From Rhodospirillales bacterium (GTDB lineage Bacteria; Pseudomonadota; Alphaproteobacteria; Rhodospirillales; Magnetospirillaceae): a DNA stretch of 64,000 nt. A model generated the notes under the pieces. It searched no databases and was not told the DNA's origin. It saw only the letters and a list, made by a program, of their open reading frames with translations. Shown in pieces: positions 25,466 through 34,643 of the stretch (position 1 is the first letter of the stretch; the number at the start of each line of letters is the position of its first letter). Location: the NCBI GenBank assembly GCA_014380005.1, contig JACMKT010000189.1, positions 18,523 to 82,522 of the forward strand, written 5' to 3'. The position numbers and the translations under genes are program-made.

Positions 25466-26110
25466 ATGAAACGTATGTGTCTTTCTAAACTTGGTCGAGC
25501 TATAAAAGTCATTGACAAAATAAGTGATTTGGCAATGAAATTAGCAATAATTCAAATAATATCACGGGATAATAATGGGCGTGAATTTGTGCCAATTCCT
25601 GTTTTTTCAATTACAACTACAGTTATTTCGCTTTGGCTCCCATTGTACTTTGTGAATTCATTGTATTTTGGATTCGAGTTTCGTGGGGTAATTAGTGTAT
25701 TCGGCAATATTTTTCCGGTGATCCGGCGCCTTTCTGAGGCAAGTCGCAATGGTGATGCGCTGCTTTTTTGCGGTCTCTGGGCATCTTTACCCCCCTCTAT
25801 AATGCTCTCATTTAGAATTAGTATGAGGGCTCCAAAGATAATAATGGCAATGGTTGAGAGTGGGGTTGACCCATTTAACATCGCTGTATCGATGATAATT
25901 GGAATGTTTGGGTTTGCAACGTGTATGTACGTTATTTTCTTTGCTGGCAATGTTGTTGATATACTATTTGGCAGTGACGGCGGAGTGATGAGAATCATAG
26001 GTATGGCGTTCATGTATTCTGCTTCATCGCTTTGGATTGACAGTTGTTTGACGATTTATTTCATGTTGTTCTACCTTTTTAAGCGGCGTGTCAGGGCTAA
26101 CAAGGAGTAA
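25466..26110 (+). CDS. AT-rich hypothetical membrane protein (about 4 TM)
   Basis: Hydrophobic segments, basic C-terminus, atypical codon usage. The start may be ATG 25535. Confidence 0.6.
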   Translation: MKRMCLSKLGRAIKVIDKISDLAMKLAIIQIISRDNNGREFVPIPVFSITTTVISLWLPLYFVNSLYFGFEFRGVISVFGNIFPVIRRLSEASRNGDALLFCGLWASLPPSIMLSFRISMRAPKIIMAMVESGVDPFNIAVSMIIGMFGFATCMYVIFFAGNVVDILFGSDGGVMRIIGMAFMYSASSLWIDSCLTIYFMLFYLFKRRVRANKE

Positions 26111-26348
26111 AGTACTGCTCTCTTGAGGGGGGACGCATCGGCACAATGCACAGTGAGCCACGGCTGGAACGGCGCCCCTTCGTGGGGGGAATCTTCGGTG
26201 AGATGGCTGCCATCGACGGCGGGCTGCGCATGGCTACCGCTGTAGCGGTGGAACGGACCGTGGTCACCCGAGTGCCAAGGAAATGTTCGATCGCAAGCTG
26301 GGCGAGGCGGACAAGTTCATCCGTCTCAGCTTTTTTACTCGCAGCATC

Positions 26349-26993
26349 TTAAAGCCGCCGCCGTCCCTCGGTGCCGATAACGTCTGAGAATTCGACCCCG
26401 TTCAATTCCTCGTCAATGATCAGGTCGTGGCGCTTGTCCGGGGTCTGCTCGGCCACGTTGGCAAGGTCGCCCAGCACGCCGTCCAGGCGGTCGAGGATGT
26501 CCAGCACGTCGTCTGCGGTGGCATTGTCGGACATGCGTCCGGCGAAGCGGCGCATATTCCACGAGAAGACCGACATCTGTTTGACGTGGTCGCGGAAGCT
26601 GCGGGGGCGGCGCAGGAAGAGTTTGGGCGAATTGCGGATGTTCTTGATGAACAGTTCCATCAGCGCCTTGATGAAACGGTCGGTGCCTGCAAGCTTTTCC
26701 AGGAATATGGGCTGCGGCACGCGGGCGACCACGCAATCTTCGGCGGCAACGGCGCTGGCGCTACGGTGGCCGCCGTCGAGGACGGCCATTTCACCGAAAA
26801 TCTCGCCGCTGACGATGTCGCCCACCTCGATGCGGTGGCCTTCATGGTGCTGGAACAGGGTGACCCGGCCCTGCTGCAGGATGTAGGCGGCATCCCCGGC
26901 ATCGCCCTGGGAGAAAATGCGTTCGCCGGCGGCGAAGCTTACACGCTCCAGCTTGGCCGATCCGCCGCCGTTCATCGTCTCGTCGATGCTCAT
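26349..26993 (-). CDS. Cyclic-nucleotide-binding domain protein
   Basis: IFSQGDAGDAAYILQQG, GEIFGEMAVL, RSASA; no obvious Crp HTH. Confidence 0.85.
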   Translation of the reverse strand: MSIDETMNGGGSAKLERVSFAAGERIFSQGDAGDAAYILQQGRVTLFQHHEGHRIEVGDIVSGEIFGEMAVLDGGHRSASAVAAEDCVVARVPQPIFLEKLAGTDRFIKALMELFIKNIRNSPKLFLRRPRSFRDHVKQMSVFSWNMRRFAGRMSDNATADDVLDILDRLDGVLGDLANVAEQTPDKRHDLIIDEELNGVEFSDVIGTEGRRRL

Positions 26994-27065
26994 ATGCTCT
27001 GCCCAAAACCCCGATCCCCAACGACAGTAGGGGAAAAGCCCGATTGGGTTCAAATCCAAATCGCA

Positions 27066-28568
27066 TCAGGGGCCCGTGTCGAAGACGATCCCTTGGGCCA
27101 GCGGCAAATCATGGCCGTAATTGATGGTGTTGGTGGCGCGGCGCATATAGGCCTTCCACGAATCCGAGCCGGCCTCGCGGCCACCTCCGGTTTCCTTTTC
27201 GCCACCGAAGGCACCGCCGATTTCGGCGCCCGAGGGGCCGATATTGACGTTGGTGATGCCGCAATCGGAACCGGCAGCCGACAGGAAGCGTTCCGCCTCG
27301 CGCAGATCGTTGGTGAAGATGGACGACGCCAGTCCTTGCGGCACTTCATTGTTCATGGCGATGGCGTGGTCGAAATCCTCGTACCCCATGACGTACAGGA
27401 TGGGGGCAAAGGTTTCCTGGCGGACCATGGCGGTCTGGTCGGGCATCAGCATGAGGGCGGGGCGCACATACCACGCGTCGCGCCAATTCTTGATATCCAC
27501 CCGTTCGCCGCCGAAACGAATGCCGCCATCGGCCTCGGCTTGGGCCAGTGCCGCTTGCATGGCGACGAAAGCGCTGCCGTCGATCAGCGGCCCCACCAAG
27601 GTTCCTGGTGCCAACGGATCGCCGATGGTGGCGTTGGTCATGGCCTGCTTCAGGCGCTCCACCAAGGCATCGCGGACGGAGTTGTGCACGATCAACCGGC
27701 GTAAGGTGGTGCAGCGCTGACCGGCGGTGCCTATGGCGGAAAACAGCACGGCGCGCAGGGTCAATTCGGGATCGGCGGAGGGGGCGACAATGGCGGCGTT
27801 GTTGCCACCCAGCTCCAGCAGCGCGCGGCCCAGCCGGGCGGCGATGCGTGGCGCCAACGCCTTGCCCATGGCGCTCGAACCTGTGGCCGACACCAGTGGT
27901 ACTTGGGGGTGCTCAGTCAGGGCCTCGGCGGTCTTGTGGCCGCCGATCACCACCTCCAGCAATCCACCGGGCGCGCCGCCCAGGCGCTCGGCGGCGCGGG
28001 CCAGCAGGGATTTGACCGCCAGGGCCGAAAGTGGAGTCTTCTCCGATGGCTTCCACACCACCGTATCGCCGCACACCAAGGCCAGAACGGCGTTCCACGC
28101 CCATACAGCCACGGGGAAGTTGAACGCGCTGATGACGCCCACCACCCCCAGCGGCAGCCAAGTTTCCATGATGCGATGGTTGGGACGTTCCGAGGCCATG
28201 GTCAGGCCGTGCAATTGGCGCGACAGGCCGACGGCGAAGTCGCAGATGTCGATCATCTCTTGGACTTCGCCCAGGCCCTCTTGCAGAATCTTGCCGGTCT
28301 CGATGGTGACCAGACGGCCAAGGTCTTTCTTGTGGCCGCGCAATTCCTCGGCGAACAGGCGGATCAGTTCGCCTCGGCGCGGCGGCGGAACCAGCCGCCA
28401 GGACAGGAAGGCGGCATGGGCGCGGGCCACCGCCGAAGCGGTTTCCGCATTGTCCATGGAGTGCACGCGCCCTAAGCCGGAGCCGTCGATTGGGCTGCGC
28501 ACCGCCAGATCGCCGCTCAACTCCGATACCATGATGCCCATACGGGCCAGCAGGGGGACGACATCCAT
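27066..28568 (-). CDS. ALDH7/antiquitin-like aldehyde dehydrogenase (piperideine-6-carboxylate dehydrogenase-like)
   Basis: GEVQEMIDICDFAVGLSRQ, SAFNFPVAV, LELGGNN, GQRCTT, ETFAP, GAEIGGAFGGEKETGGGRE. Confidence 0.93.
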   Translation of the reverse strand: MDVVPLLARMGIMVSELSGDLAVRSPIDGSGLGRVHSMDNAETASAVARAHAAFLSWRLVPPPRRGELIRLFAEELRGHKKDLGRLVTIETGKILQEGLGEVQEMIDICDFAVGLSRQLHGLTMASERPNHRIMETWLPLGVVGVISAFNFPVAVWAWNAVLALVCGDTVVWKPSEKTPLSALAVKSLLARAAERLGGAPGGLLEVVIGGHKTAEALTEHPQVPLVSATGSSAMGKALAPRIAARLGRALLELGGNNAAIVAPSADPELTLRAVLFSAIGTAGQRCTTLRRLIVHNSVRDALVERLKQAMTNATIGDPLAPGTLVGPLIDGSAFVAMQAALAQAEADGGIRFGGERVDIKNWRDAWYVRPALMLMPDQTAMVRQETFAPILYVMGYEDFDHAIAMNNEVPQGLASSIFTNDLREAERFLSAAGSDCGITNVNIGPSGAEIGGAFGGEKETGGGREAGSDSWKAYMRRATNTINYGHDLPLAQGIVFDTGP

Positions 28569-28659
28569 GGCCGTGTCTCTATAGTGGGGCCTCTATGGTG
28601 GGGCCAATCTCTTTGGTATGATGATGGGCGCACCGGGCGTGCAATGAAAGGGCTGCTGA

Positions 28660-28971
28660 ATGGCGGATTGGGGGGCTCTGGCCGAACGCTTGGAGGCGGC
28701 CACGGGCGGTGATGCCGGATTGGACGGCATGCTGGCCCAAAGCCTAAGCCTGCCGGAAATCGCCTACACCGGTTCGGTGGAAGCGGCCCGTGATTTGGTG
28801 GAGGCGGCACTGCCCGGCTGGCACCTGCATGTGGGCTTCGACGTCAGCGGATTATTCCCCTACGCCGCCATCACCCAGGGTGACACCCATGTGGAAGCGT
28901 CTGCGCCCACCGTGCCGTTGGCCATACTGCGCGCGGCCCTAAAGCTGTCCGACCATTTCCAAAGCGGTTAA
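28660..28971 (+). CDS. Hypothetical protein
   Basis: Normal codon usage; pattern LERLEAATG..LD..YTGSVEAA..LPGW..PLAILRAAL. Overlaps the CinA-family gene convergently. Confidence 0.6.
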   Translation: MADWGALAERLEAATGGDAGLDGMLAQSLSLPEIAYTGSVEAARDLVEAALPGWHLHVGFDVSGLFPYAAITQGDTHVEASAPTVPLAILRAALKLSDHFQSG

Positions 28972-29418
28972 CGCCGCCTGATGGCGCACCGAATCCCGGT
29001 CACCGGAGAAAATCTGCTGGCGGGCCATGGTGGTTCCGCCAACTGACGCGACGGCGAAATGCACCAACCCCACCGGCTTGTCCGCATTGCCGCCGCCGGG
29101 GCCGGCAATGCCGGTGATGGCGATTGCGCGTTGGGCGCGGGAATGGGCCAGGGCACCTTCGGCCATGGCGCGCGCCACTTCCTCGCTGACCGCGCCATGG
29201 GTTTGGATCAGCGCCATGGGCACGCCCAGCATTTCCGCCTTGGCCTCGTTGGAATAGGTGACGAAGCCGCGCTCCAGCACGGTGGAGGAACCGGCGATGG
29301 CGGTCAGCGCCGCCGAGACCATGCCGCCGGTGCAGGATTCGGCGGTAACCAGCATGATGCCCTGGGCTTGGCAGGCGGCCAGCACGCGGGCGGCGGCTTT
29401 GGTCAAATCGTTGGTCAC
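28939..29418 (-). CDS. CinA-family nicotinamide-mononucleotide deamidase (PncC-like)
   Basis: TAESCTGG, GFVTYSNEAK, GAVS, ITGIAGPGG, KPVG; GTG start overlaps the pgpA stop. Confidence 0.9.
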   Translation of the reverse strand: MTNDLTKAAARVLAACQAQGIMLVTAESCTGGMVSAALTAIAGSSTVLERGFVTYSNEAKAEMLGVPMALIQTHGAVSEEVARAMAEGALAHSRAQRAIAITGIAGPGGGNADKPVGLVHFAVASVGGTTMARQQIFSGDRDSVRHQAALTALEMVGQL

Positions 29419-29921
29419 GGCAGGCTCCACCACAGGGTGATCAGGGCCATCAGCAGCGCGCCGTAAGCTGCCGCCAGCATATCGTCGAGCATGACGCCCA
29501 ACCCGCCTTCCACATGGCGGTCGGCCCAGCTTGCCGGCCACGGCTTCCAGATGTCGAGCACGCGGAAGATCAGGAAGCCCACGGCGTAGAGCAACGGATC
29601 GTTGGGGGCTGCGGCCAGCACCAGCCATTGCCCGGCCACTTCGTCGATGACCACCTCGGACGGGTCGGCCACTCCGGTGCGGCGCACATAGATGGCCGAG
29701 GCCCACCAGCCGACCAGGAAGCACAGGCCCGAGGCTGCCACCAGCGCCCAGCTGCCGCCCAACCGGTACAGCGCCCACGCGAAGGGCAGGGCGGCAGCCG
29801 AGCCCCAGGTTCCCGGCGCCTTGGGCAGCAGGCCGCAGCCGAACCAGGTGGAGGCAAGGAAGGCGGGGTGCCACGGGGCAATGCCGTCGCGGCGGCGGGC
29901 GATGATCAACGGGAACCTCAT
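29415..29921 (-). CDS. pgpA: Phosphatidylglycerophosphatase A
   Basis: PKAPGTWGS, DPSEVVIDEVAGQ, FRVLDIWKPWP, GVMLDD. Confidence 0.92.
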   Translation of the reverse strand: MRFPLIIARRRDGIAPWHPAFLASTWFGCGLLPKAPGTWGSAAALPFAWALYRLGGSWALVAASGLCFLVGWWASAIYVRRTGVADPSEVVIDEVAGQWLVLAAAPNDPLLYAVGFLIFRVLDIWKPWPASWADRHVEGGLGVMLDDMLAAAYGALLMALITLWWSLP

Positions 29922-30050
29922 GATACGAAAACGCGTGGGCTGGAGCCTACCATCTGCGTGCCGCCATGCAACCATCCGAGGACATCTCCTGCGGCAGGCG
30001 CGGTCCCACATATCAGATGGCGAGGATGACGGTAAACGGAGGAGCCTCCG

Positions 30051-30791
30051 ATGTCGGCCAGCAACTCGTCGTGGATCAAGCACCACCACCATGGGCGTGC
30101 GTGGCTACCCCTGGTGATGGCCGGGCTGTTGGGCTGGAACTTGACGGTCCCGGTGGCCTGGGCTGAGTCGCAGGCCTGCGTGCACAAGTCTCAATCGGCC
30201 CGTTTGCGCTGCATGGCCCAAAGCACCCGGGCCATCGAGAACGCATTGGCGGGGACGGGCCTTCGGGTGGATATGCTGATCCGCCGGGGCGGCGAGGGCG
30301 GTCCTTTCGTTGCCGCCGGGCCGCCGGTGCATCGTGACGTCCAGCGCTGGAACCGGCTGAACCGTGCCCTCAAGGTTCTGCCCTTGGCGGCACCGCTGGA
30401 CAATTATGCGGTGTCCTCGGGTTTTGGCCTACGTCGGGACCCCATCAACCGCCGCCGCGCCATGCATGCGGGCATCGACCTGCTGGCCCCCATGCGCTCG
30501 CCAGTGGTGGCGACCGCGCCGGGGCGGGTGGTGTTCGCCGGACGCAAGGGGGGCTATGGCCGCATGGTCGAAATCGACCATGGCTTGGGCGTGCACACCC
30601 GCTACGGCCATCTATCCGCCATCCACGTTCATACGGGCCAGTCTCTGGCCGTGGGCCAGCGCGTCGGCTTGCTGGGCAGTACGGGACGGTCCACCGGCCC
30701 CCATCTGCACTATGAGGTCATGGTGGACGGCAAACCCCGTAATCCGCAGCCCTTCCTTAAGGCCGGTATTCGTCTGAACGGGCCGGGTTAA
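30051..30791 (+). CDS. M23-family metallopeptidase
   Basis: [35 protein letters not shown]. Confidence 0.88.
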   Translation: MSASNSSWIKHHHHGRAWLPLVMAGLLGWNLTVPVAWAESQACVHKSQSARLRCMAQSTRAIENALAGTGLRVDMLIRRGGEGGPFVAAGPPVHRDVQRWNRLNRALKVLPLAAPLDNYAVSSGFGLRRDPINRRRAMHAGIDLLAPMRSPVVATAPGRVVFAGRKGGYGRMVEIDHGLGVHTRYGHLSAIHVHTGQSLAVGQRVGLLGSTGRSTGPHLHYEVMVDGKPRNPQPFLKAGIRLNGPG

Positions 30792-30868
30792 TACTTTTAG
30801 GGGAGTTGGCAGGCCGTATGGGCTGTGTGCATTCTCCCAAAATATTCTGCAACCTTGAGGGTGTGCCC

Positions 30869-32329
30869 GTGATTGTTTTTGCGCGCGTCTTTACCCGTTT
30901 CAGCCTTGCCGCGCGCCTCTTGGGCGGGGGGGGGGTGACTGCGGGCGTGTTGTGGCTGGGCATGGAATTCTATTACTTCGCTCCGTTGGGAAATATTGCG
31001 GAGATTGGCGGGAAAATTCGTGCCCAGATGGCATTGGAGCCGATTGAGCTCCCGCCGTTGCTGGTGGAACTAAGCGCGGCAGTCCTGCTTATATTGGTTG
31101 TTTCGGTGTGGCGCATGTGCCAAATGGCCGCCGAGGTTACTGCCTCCCGCGCTGCGTGTGCACGGGAGGCGGCCGAGAGGTTGCGTTTGCTGCAAATCAA
31201 TGAGGTCCTTAGAAGTGTAGCTATGTTTCCGGCCCAGAACCCGCATCCCGTGCTGCGCATTGCCAGCGATGGCACGGTGCGCCACGCTAACCCTGCCAGC
31301 GAAGAATTGCTGGCCGAATGGGGCTGCGGCATTGGCCGCCAAATCCCGCCCGATTGGCGCCGTGTCGTCGCCGAAGTGCTATCCAGCGGCAAGCGCTTGC
31401 AGGACGAGGTGGCGGTGGGCGACAAAATCCTGTCGTTGACCATGGTGCCGCTGGCCGGCCCGGATTACGTCAACATCTATGCCGCCGACGTCACCGCCCG
31501 CGTGGCCGCCGAACGCTTGTTGTTCTCAGCCAATGAAGGCCTGGAACGCCGGGTCGCCGAACGCACCCGCGCCTTGATGGAAGCCAAGGAACAGGCGGAA
31601 ATCGCCAGCCGCTCCAAATCCGAATTTTTGGCTTCGGTCAGCCATGAACTGCGCACGCCGCTCAACGCCATCATCGGCTTTTCCGAAGTCATGGCCGCCG
31701 GCCTGTTCGGCCCGCTGGGCAATGCCCGCTATACGGAATATGCCGGCGACATCATCTCGTCGGGGCGCCATCTGCTGGCGGTCATCAACGACATCCTGGA
31801 TGTGGCGAAGATCGAAGCCGGCCAGATGACCCTGAGCCTGGAAGCGGTGCGGCTGGACGAGGTCGTCGAGGCCACCGGCAGGCTGGTGCAAGGCCGTGCG
31901 GAACTGGGCGGGGTGCGGTTGGTGCGGCGGGTGGAACCGGGCCTGCCGCCCATCTTGGCCGACCGCCGCCGGCTAATGCAGATCCTGGCTAATCTGCTGT
32001 CCAACGCGGTGAAATTCACGGCAGAGGGTGGCTCGGTCATCACTGAAGCCTTCACCGATGAAGGCCTGCTGGTGCTCAGCGTCATCGACACCGGTATCGG
32101 CATGGATGACGAACAGATGGTGCTGGCGTTGGAGCCGTTCCGTCAGGTGGACGGCACGTTATCGCGGCGCTATGACGGCACCGGGTTGGGCCTGCCCCTG
32201 GCGCGCTCGTTTGCCGAGTTGCATGGCGGCACGCTGTCGGTGTCCAGCCATCCGGGCAAGGGCACCACCGTCACTATCCGTCTGCCGCTGGAATATGAAG
32301 GCGCCGCCGCGCGGGCTGCGGTTGGGTGA
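30869..32329 (+). CDS. Membrane PAS sensor histidine kinase (PleC/DivJ-like H-box)
   Basis: [41 protein letters not shown]; GTG start chosen from SD gagg 30857-30860. Confidence 0.88.
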   Translation: MIVFARVFTRFSLAARLLGGGGVTAGVLWLGMEFYYFAPLGNIAEIGGKIRAQMALEPIELPPLLVELSAAVLLILVVSVWRMCQMAAEVTASRAACAREAAERLRLLQINEVLRSVAMFPAQNPHPVLRIASDGTVRHANPASEELLAEWGCGIGRQIPPDWRRVVAEVLSSGKRLQDEVAVGDKILSLTMVPLAGPDYVNIYAADVTARVAAERLLFSANEGLERRVAERTRALMEAKEQAEIASRSKSEFLASVSHELRTPLNAIIGFSEVMAAGLFGPLGNARYTEYAGDIISSGRHLLAVINDILDVAKIEAGQMTLSLEAVRLDEVVEATGRLVQGRAELGGVRLVRRVEPGLPPILADRRRLMQILANLLSNAVKFTAEGGSVITEAFTDEGLLVLSVIDTGIGMDDEQMVLALEPFRQVDGTLSRRYDGTGLGLPLARSFAELHGGTLSVSSHPGKGTTVTIRLPLEYEGAAARAAVG

Positions 32330-32995
32330 TCAGCGGTAGCGCTGTTCCGTCCACGGATCGCCTTCGTCGTGATAGCCGCGCATTTCCCAATAGCCCGGCG
32401 CGTCCTTGTCCATGAAGGTGATGGCGCGCAGCCATTTGGCGCTTTTCCAGAAATACAGCTTGGGGATCACCACCCGTACCGGGCCGCCATGTTCACGCGT
32501 CAGCGGCTCGCCCTGCCATGAATGGGCCAGCAGCACGTCGTCATCGGCGAAGCGGTCCAAGGGCACGTTGGTGGTGTAGCCGTCATAGGAGCGGAACATC
32601 AGGAACGCGGCCTCGCTGCGTGGCCGCACCTGCGCCAGCAGATGGCGGGCTGAGACGCCCTTCCAGGAATTGTCGTAGCGCGACCATGTGGTGACGCAGT
32701 GGATGTCGGTGGTCAGTTCGGTCTGGGGTTGGGCCAGGAAGTCGGCCCATGACCATTTCAGCGGGTTTTCCACCGTACCGCCCACGGTCAGCGACCAATC
32801 GGCGGGGGCGAGGTTGGGGGTGATGCCCAAATCCAGTACCGGCCAGTCGGCGGTTTCGCGCTGACCCGGCGGCAATCGACGTTTTGCACTGGGCGCACCG
32901 GTCAGGGCACGGCCTTCGCGCGCCCACTTTTCCTTGGTCTCGACCAGCTTGTCCTTGATCCTGCCCATGAGAGGAACGTTGTCGTCGTCGGCCAT
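32330..32995 (-). CDS. Sulfite-oxidase-like molybdopterin oxidoreductase
   Basis: RLPPGQ, DIHCVTTWS, EHGGPVR, WKSAKW, GYWE. Confidence 0.88.
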   Translation of the reverse strand: MADDDNVPLMGRIKDKLVETKEKWAREGRALTGAPSAKRRLPPGQRETADWPVLDLGITPNLAPADWSLTVGGTVENPLKWSWADFLAQPQTELTTDIHCVTTWSRYDNSWKGVSARHLLAQVRPRSEAAFLMFRSYDGYTTNVPLDRFADDDVLLAHSWQGEPLTREHGGPVRVVIPKLYFWKSAKWLRAITFMDKDAPGYWEMRGYHDEGDPWTEQRYR

Positions 32996-33011
32996 GGGAC
33001 CTCCTGGAAGC

Positions 33012-33473
33012 TCAGCCCTTGTCGCGCATCACCCGGGATTTTTCCCGTTCCCAGTCGCGCTTTTTATCGGCTTCGCGCTTGTCGTGGTTCTTCTTGCCCT
33101 TGGCCAGCCCCAACAGAACCTTGGCCATGCCCCGGTCGGTAAAGTGGATGTCCAGCGGCACCAGGGTCATGCCGTCCTTGGCCACCGCGCTTGCCAGCTT
33201 GCGCATCTCGCGCTTGTGCAGCAACAGCTTACGCGGACGACGGGTATCGGACGGGAACGGCATTTTCGACTGGTATTCGGGGATATAGGCATTGAACAGC
33301 CAGACTTCATCCCCGCGCGGCCCGGCATAGGCTTCGCTGATGTTGCCCTTGCCCGCGCGCAACGCCTTGACCTCGGTCCCGACCAGCATGATGCCGGCCT
33401 CAACCGTATCAATGATCGAGAACTCGTGGCGGGCCTTGCGGTTTTGTGCGGCGATACGGTCGGGAAGGGACAT
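33012..33473 (-). CDS. smpB: SsrA-binding protein
   Basis: [34 protein letters not shown]. Confidence 0.97.
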   Translation of the reverse strand: MSLPDRIAAQNRKARHEFSIIDTVEAGIMLVGTEVKALRAGKGNISEAYAGPRGDEVWLFNAYIPEYQSKMPFPSDTRRPRKLLLHKREMRKLASAVAKDGMTLVPLDIHFTDRGMAKVLLGLAKGKKNHDKREADKKRDWEREKSRVMRDKG

Positions 33474-33550
33474 GGCGTAAGGCTACCGTGGAAAGCAAAT
33501 GCGAGGAACCCCAAGGATTCCCCGCATCGCGTGAAGTGACAATATCTAAT

Positions 33551-34423
33551 CTAGATCAGGCCGACCGTCTTCATGGCAGCCTCGACCTTGGCCTTGGCGC
33601 CCTCGGTCAATCCCACCAGCGGTAGGCGAACGTCGGGCAGGCACTTGCCCAGCAGGCTGGCGGCGTATTTGGCCGGCACCGGGTTGGGTTCGATGAACAT
33701 GACGTCGTGCAGGGCCATCAGCTTGTCGCGCAGGGCGAAGCAGGTTTCCAGATCGCCCTTTTCCCAGGCATTGTGCATTTGGGCACACAGCCTGGGGGCA
33801 ACGTTCGAGGTCACCGAGATGCAGCCCACGCCGCCCTGGGCCAGGAAGGCGGTGGCGGTGGCGTCCTCGCCCGACAGCTGACAGAACTTTTCGCCCACGG
33901 CCACGCGCATTTGCAGCGGGCGGGCCAGATCGGCGGTGGCGTCCTTGACCCCCACGATGTTGGGCAGCTTGGCCAGACGGGTGAAGGTCTCGACGGTGAT
34001 GTTCACCACCGAACGGCCCGGGATGTTGTAGACGATGATCGGAATGTCCACCGCCTTGGCGATGGCTTCGTAATGGCGGAACAGGCCTTCCTGGGTCGGC
34101 TTGTTGTAATAGGGCGCCACCACCAGGGCGGCATCGGCGCCGGCGTCCTTGGCGTGACGGGTCAGGAAGATGGCCTCTTCCGTCGAATTGGAGCCGGTGC
34201 CGGCAATGACCGGAACCTTGCCCTTGGCGACTTCCAGGCACAGCTCGATGACGCGCTTGTGTTCCTCATGGGACAGGGTCGGGGATTCGCCGGTGGTGCC
34301 GCAGGGGACCACGGCATGGGTGCCCTCGGCGATCTGCCAGGCGACGAACTCCTGGAACGCTTTCTCATCCACCTTGCCATCGCGGAAGGGGGTGATGAGC
34401 GCGGTGATCGATCCCTTGAACAT
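33551..34423 (-). CDS. dapA: 4-hydroxy-tetrahydrodipicolinate synthase
   Basis: [34 protein letters not shown]. Confidence 0.96.
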   Translation of the reverse strand: MFKGSITALITPFRDGKVDEKAFQEFVAWQIAEGTHAVVPCGTTGESPTLSHEEHKRVIELCLEVAKGKVPVIAGTGSNSTEEAIFLTRHAKDAGADAALVVAPYYNKPTQEGLFRHYEAIAKAVDIPIIVYNIPGRSVVNITVETFTRLAKLPNIVGVKDATADLARPLQMRVAVGEKFCQLSGEDATATAFLAQGGVGCISVTSNVAPRLCAQMHNAWEKGDLETCFALRDKLMALHDVMFIEPNPVPAKYAASLLGKCLPDVRLPLVGLTEGAKAKVEAAMKTVGLI

Positions 34424-34643
34424 GGCAGGCTTCCCAAAAGGAGGTGGCATACGGAAACCGGGGACATTACAGCCAACCGCAAACCGGCACAAGGGTTGGG
34501 GCGCCGCCGGCTGGGCTGCGCGCGTTAAGTCAAAATTTACTTGGGCCTCTACCCCCTATTCGCGGACCGTGCGGCTTGCATGGGCTCGACCGCCTTCCCT
34601 ACAATGCGGCCAGCTTTTTCCTTTCTCGTGTTTGAGGGGCCCA

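Noticed and set aside
26146-26352. 68-aa ORF after the AT-rich gene
   Set aside because: No recognisable motif and unremarkable composition; probably intergenic or decayed sequence.
28660-28971. Phage-like small protein suggesting a prophage remnant
   Set aside because: No other phage genes, integrase or composition shift nearby.
34525-34540. CtrA-like TTAA-N7-TTTA between dapA and slt
   Set aside because: Imperfect second half-site; cannot be distinguished from chance in an AT-rich promoter.
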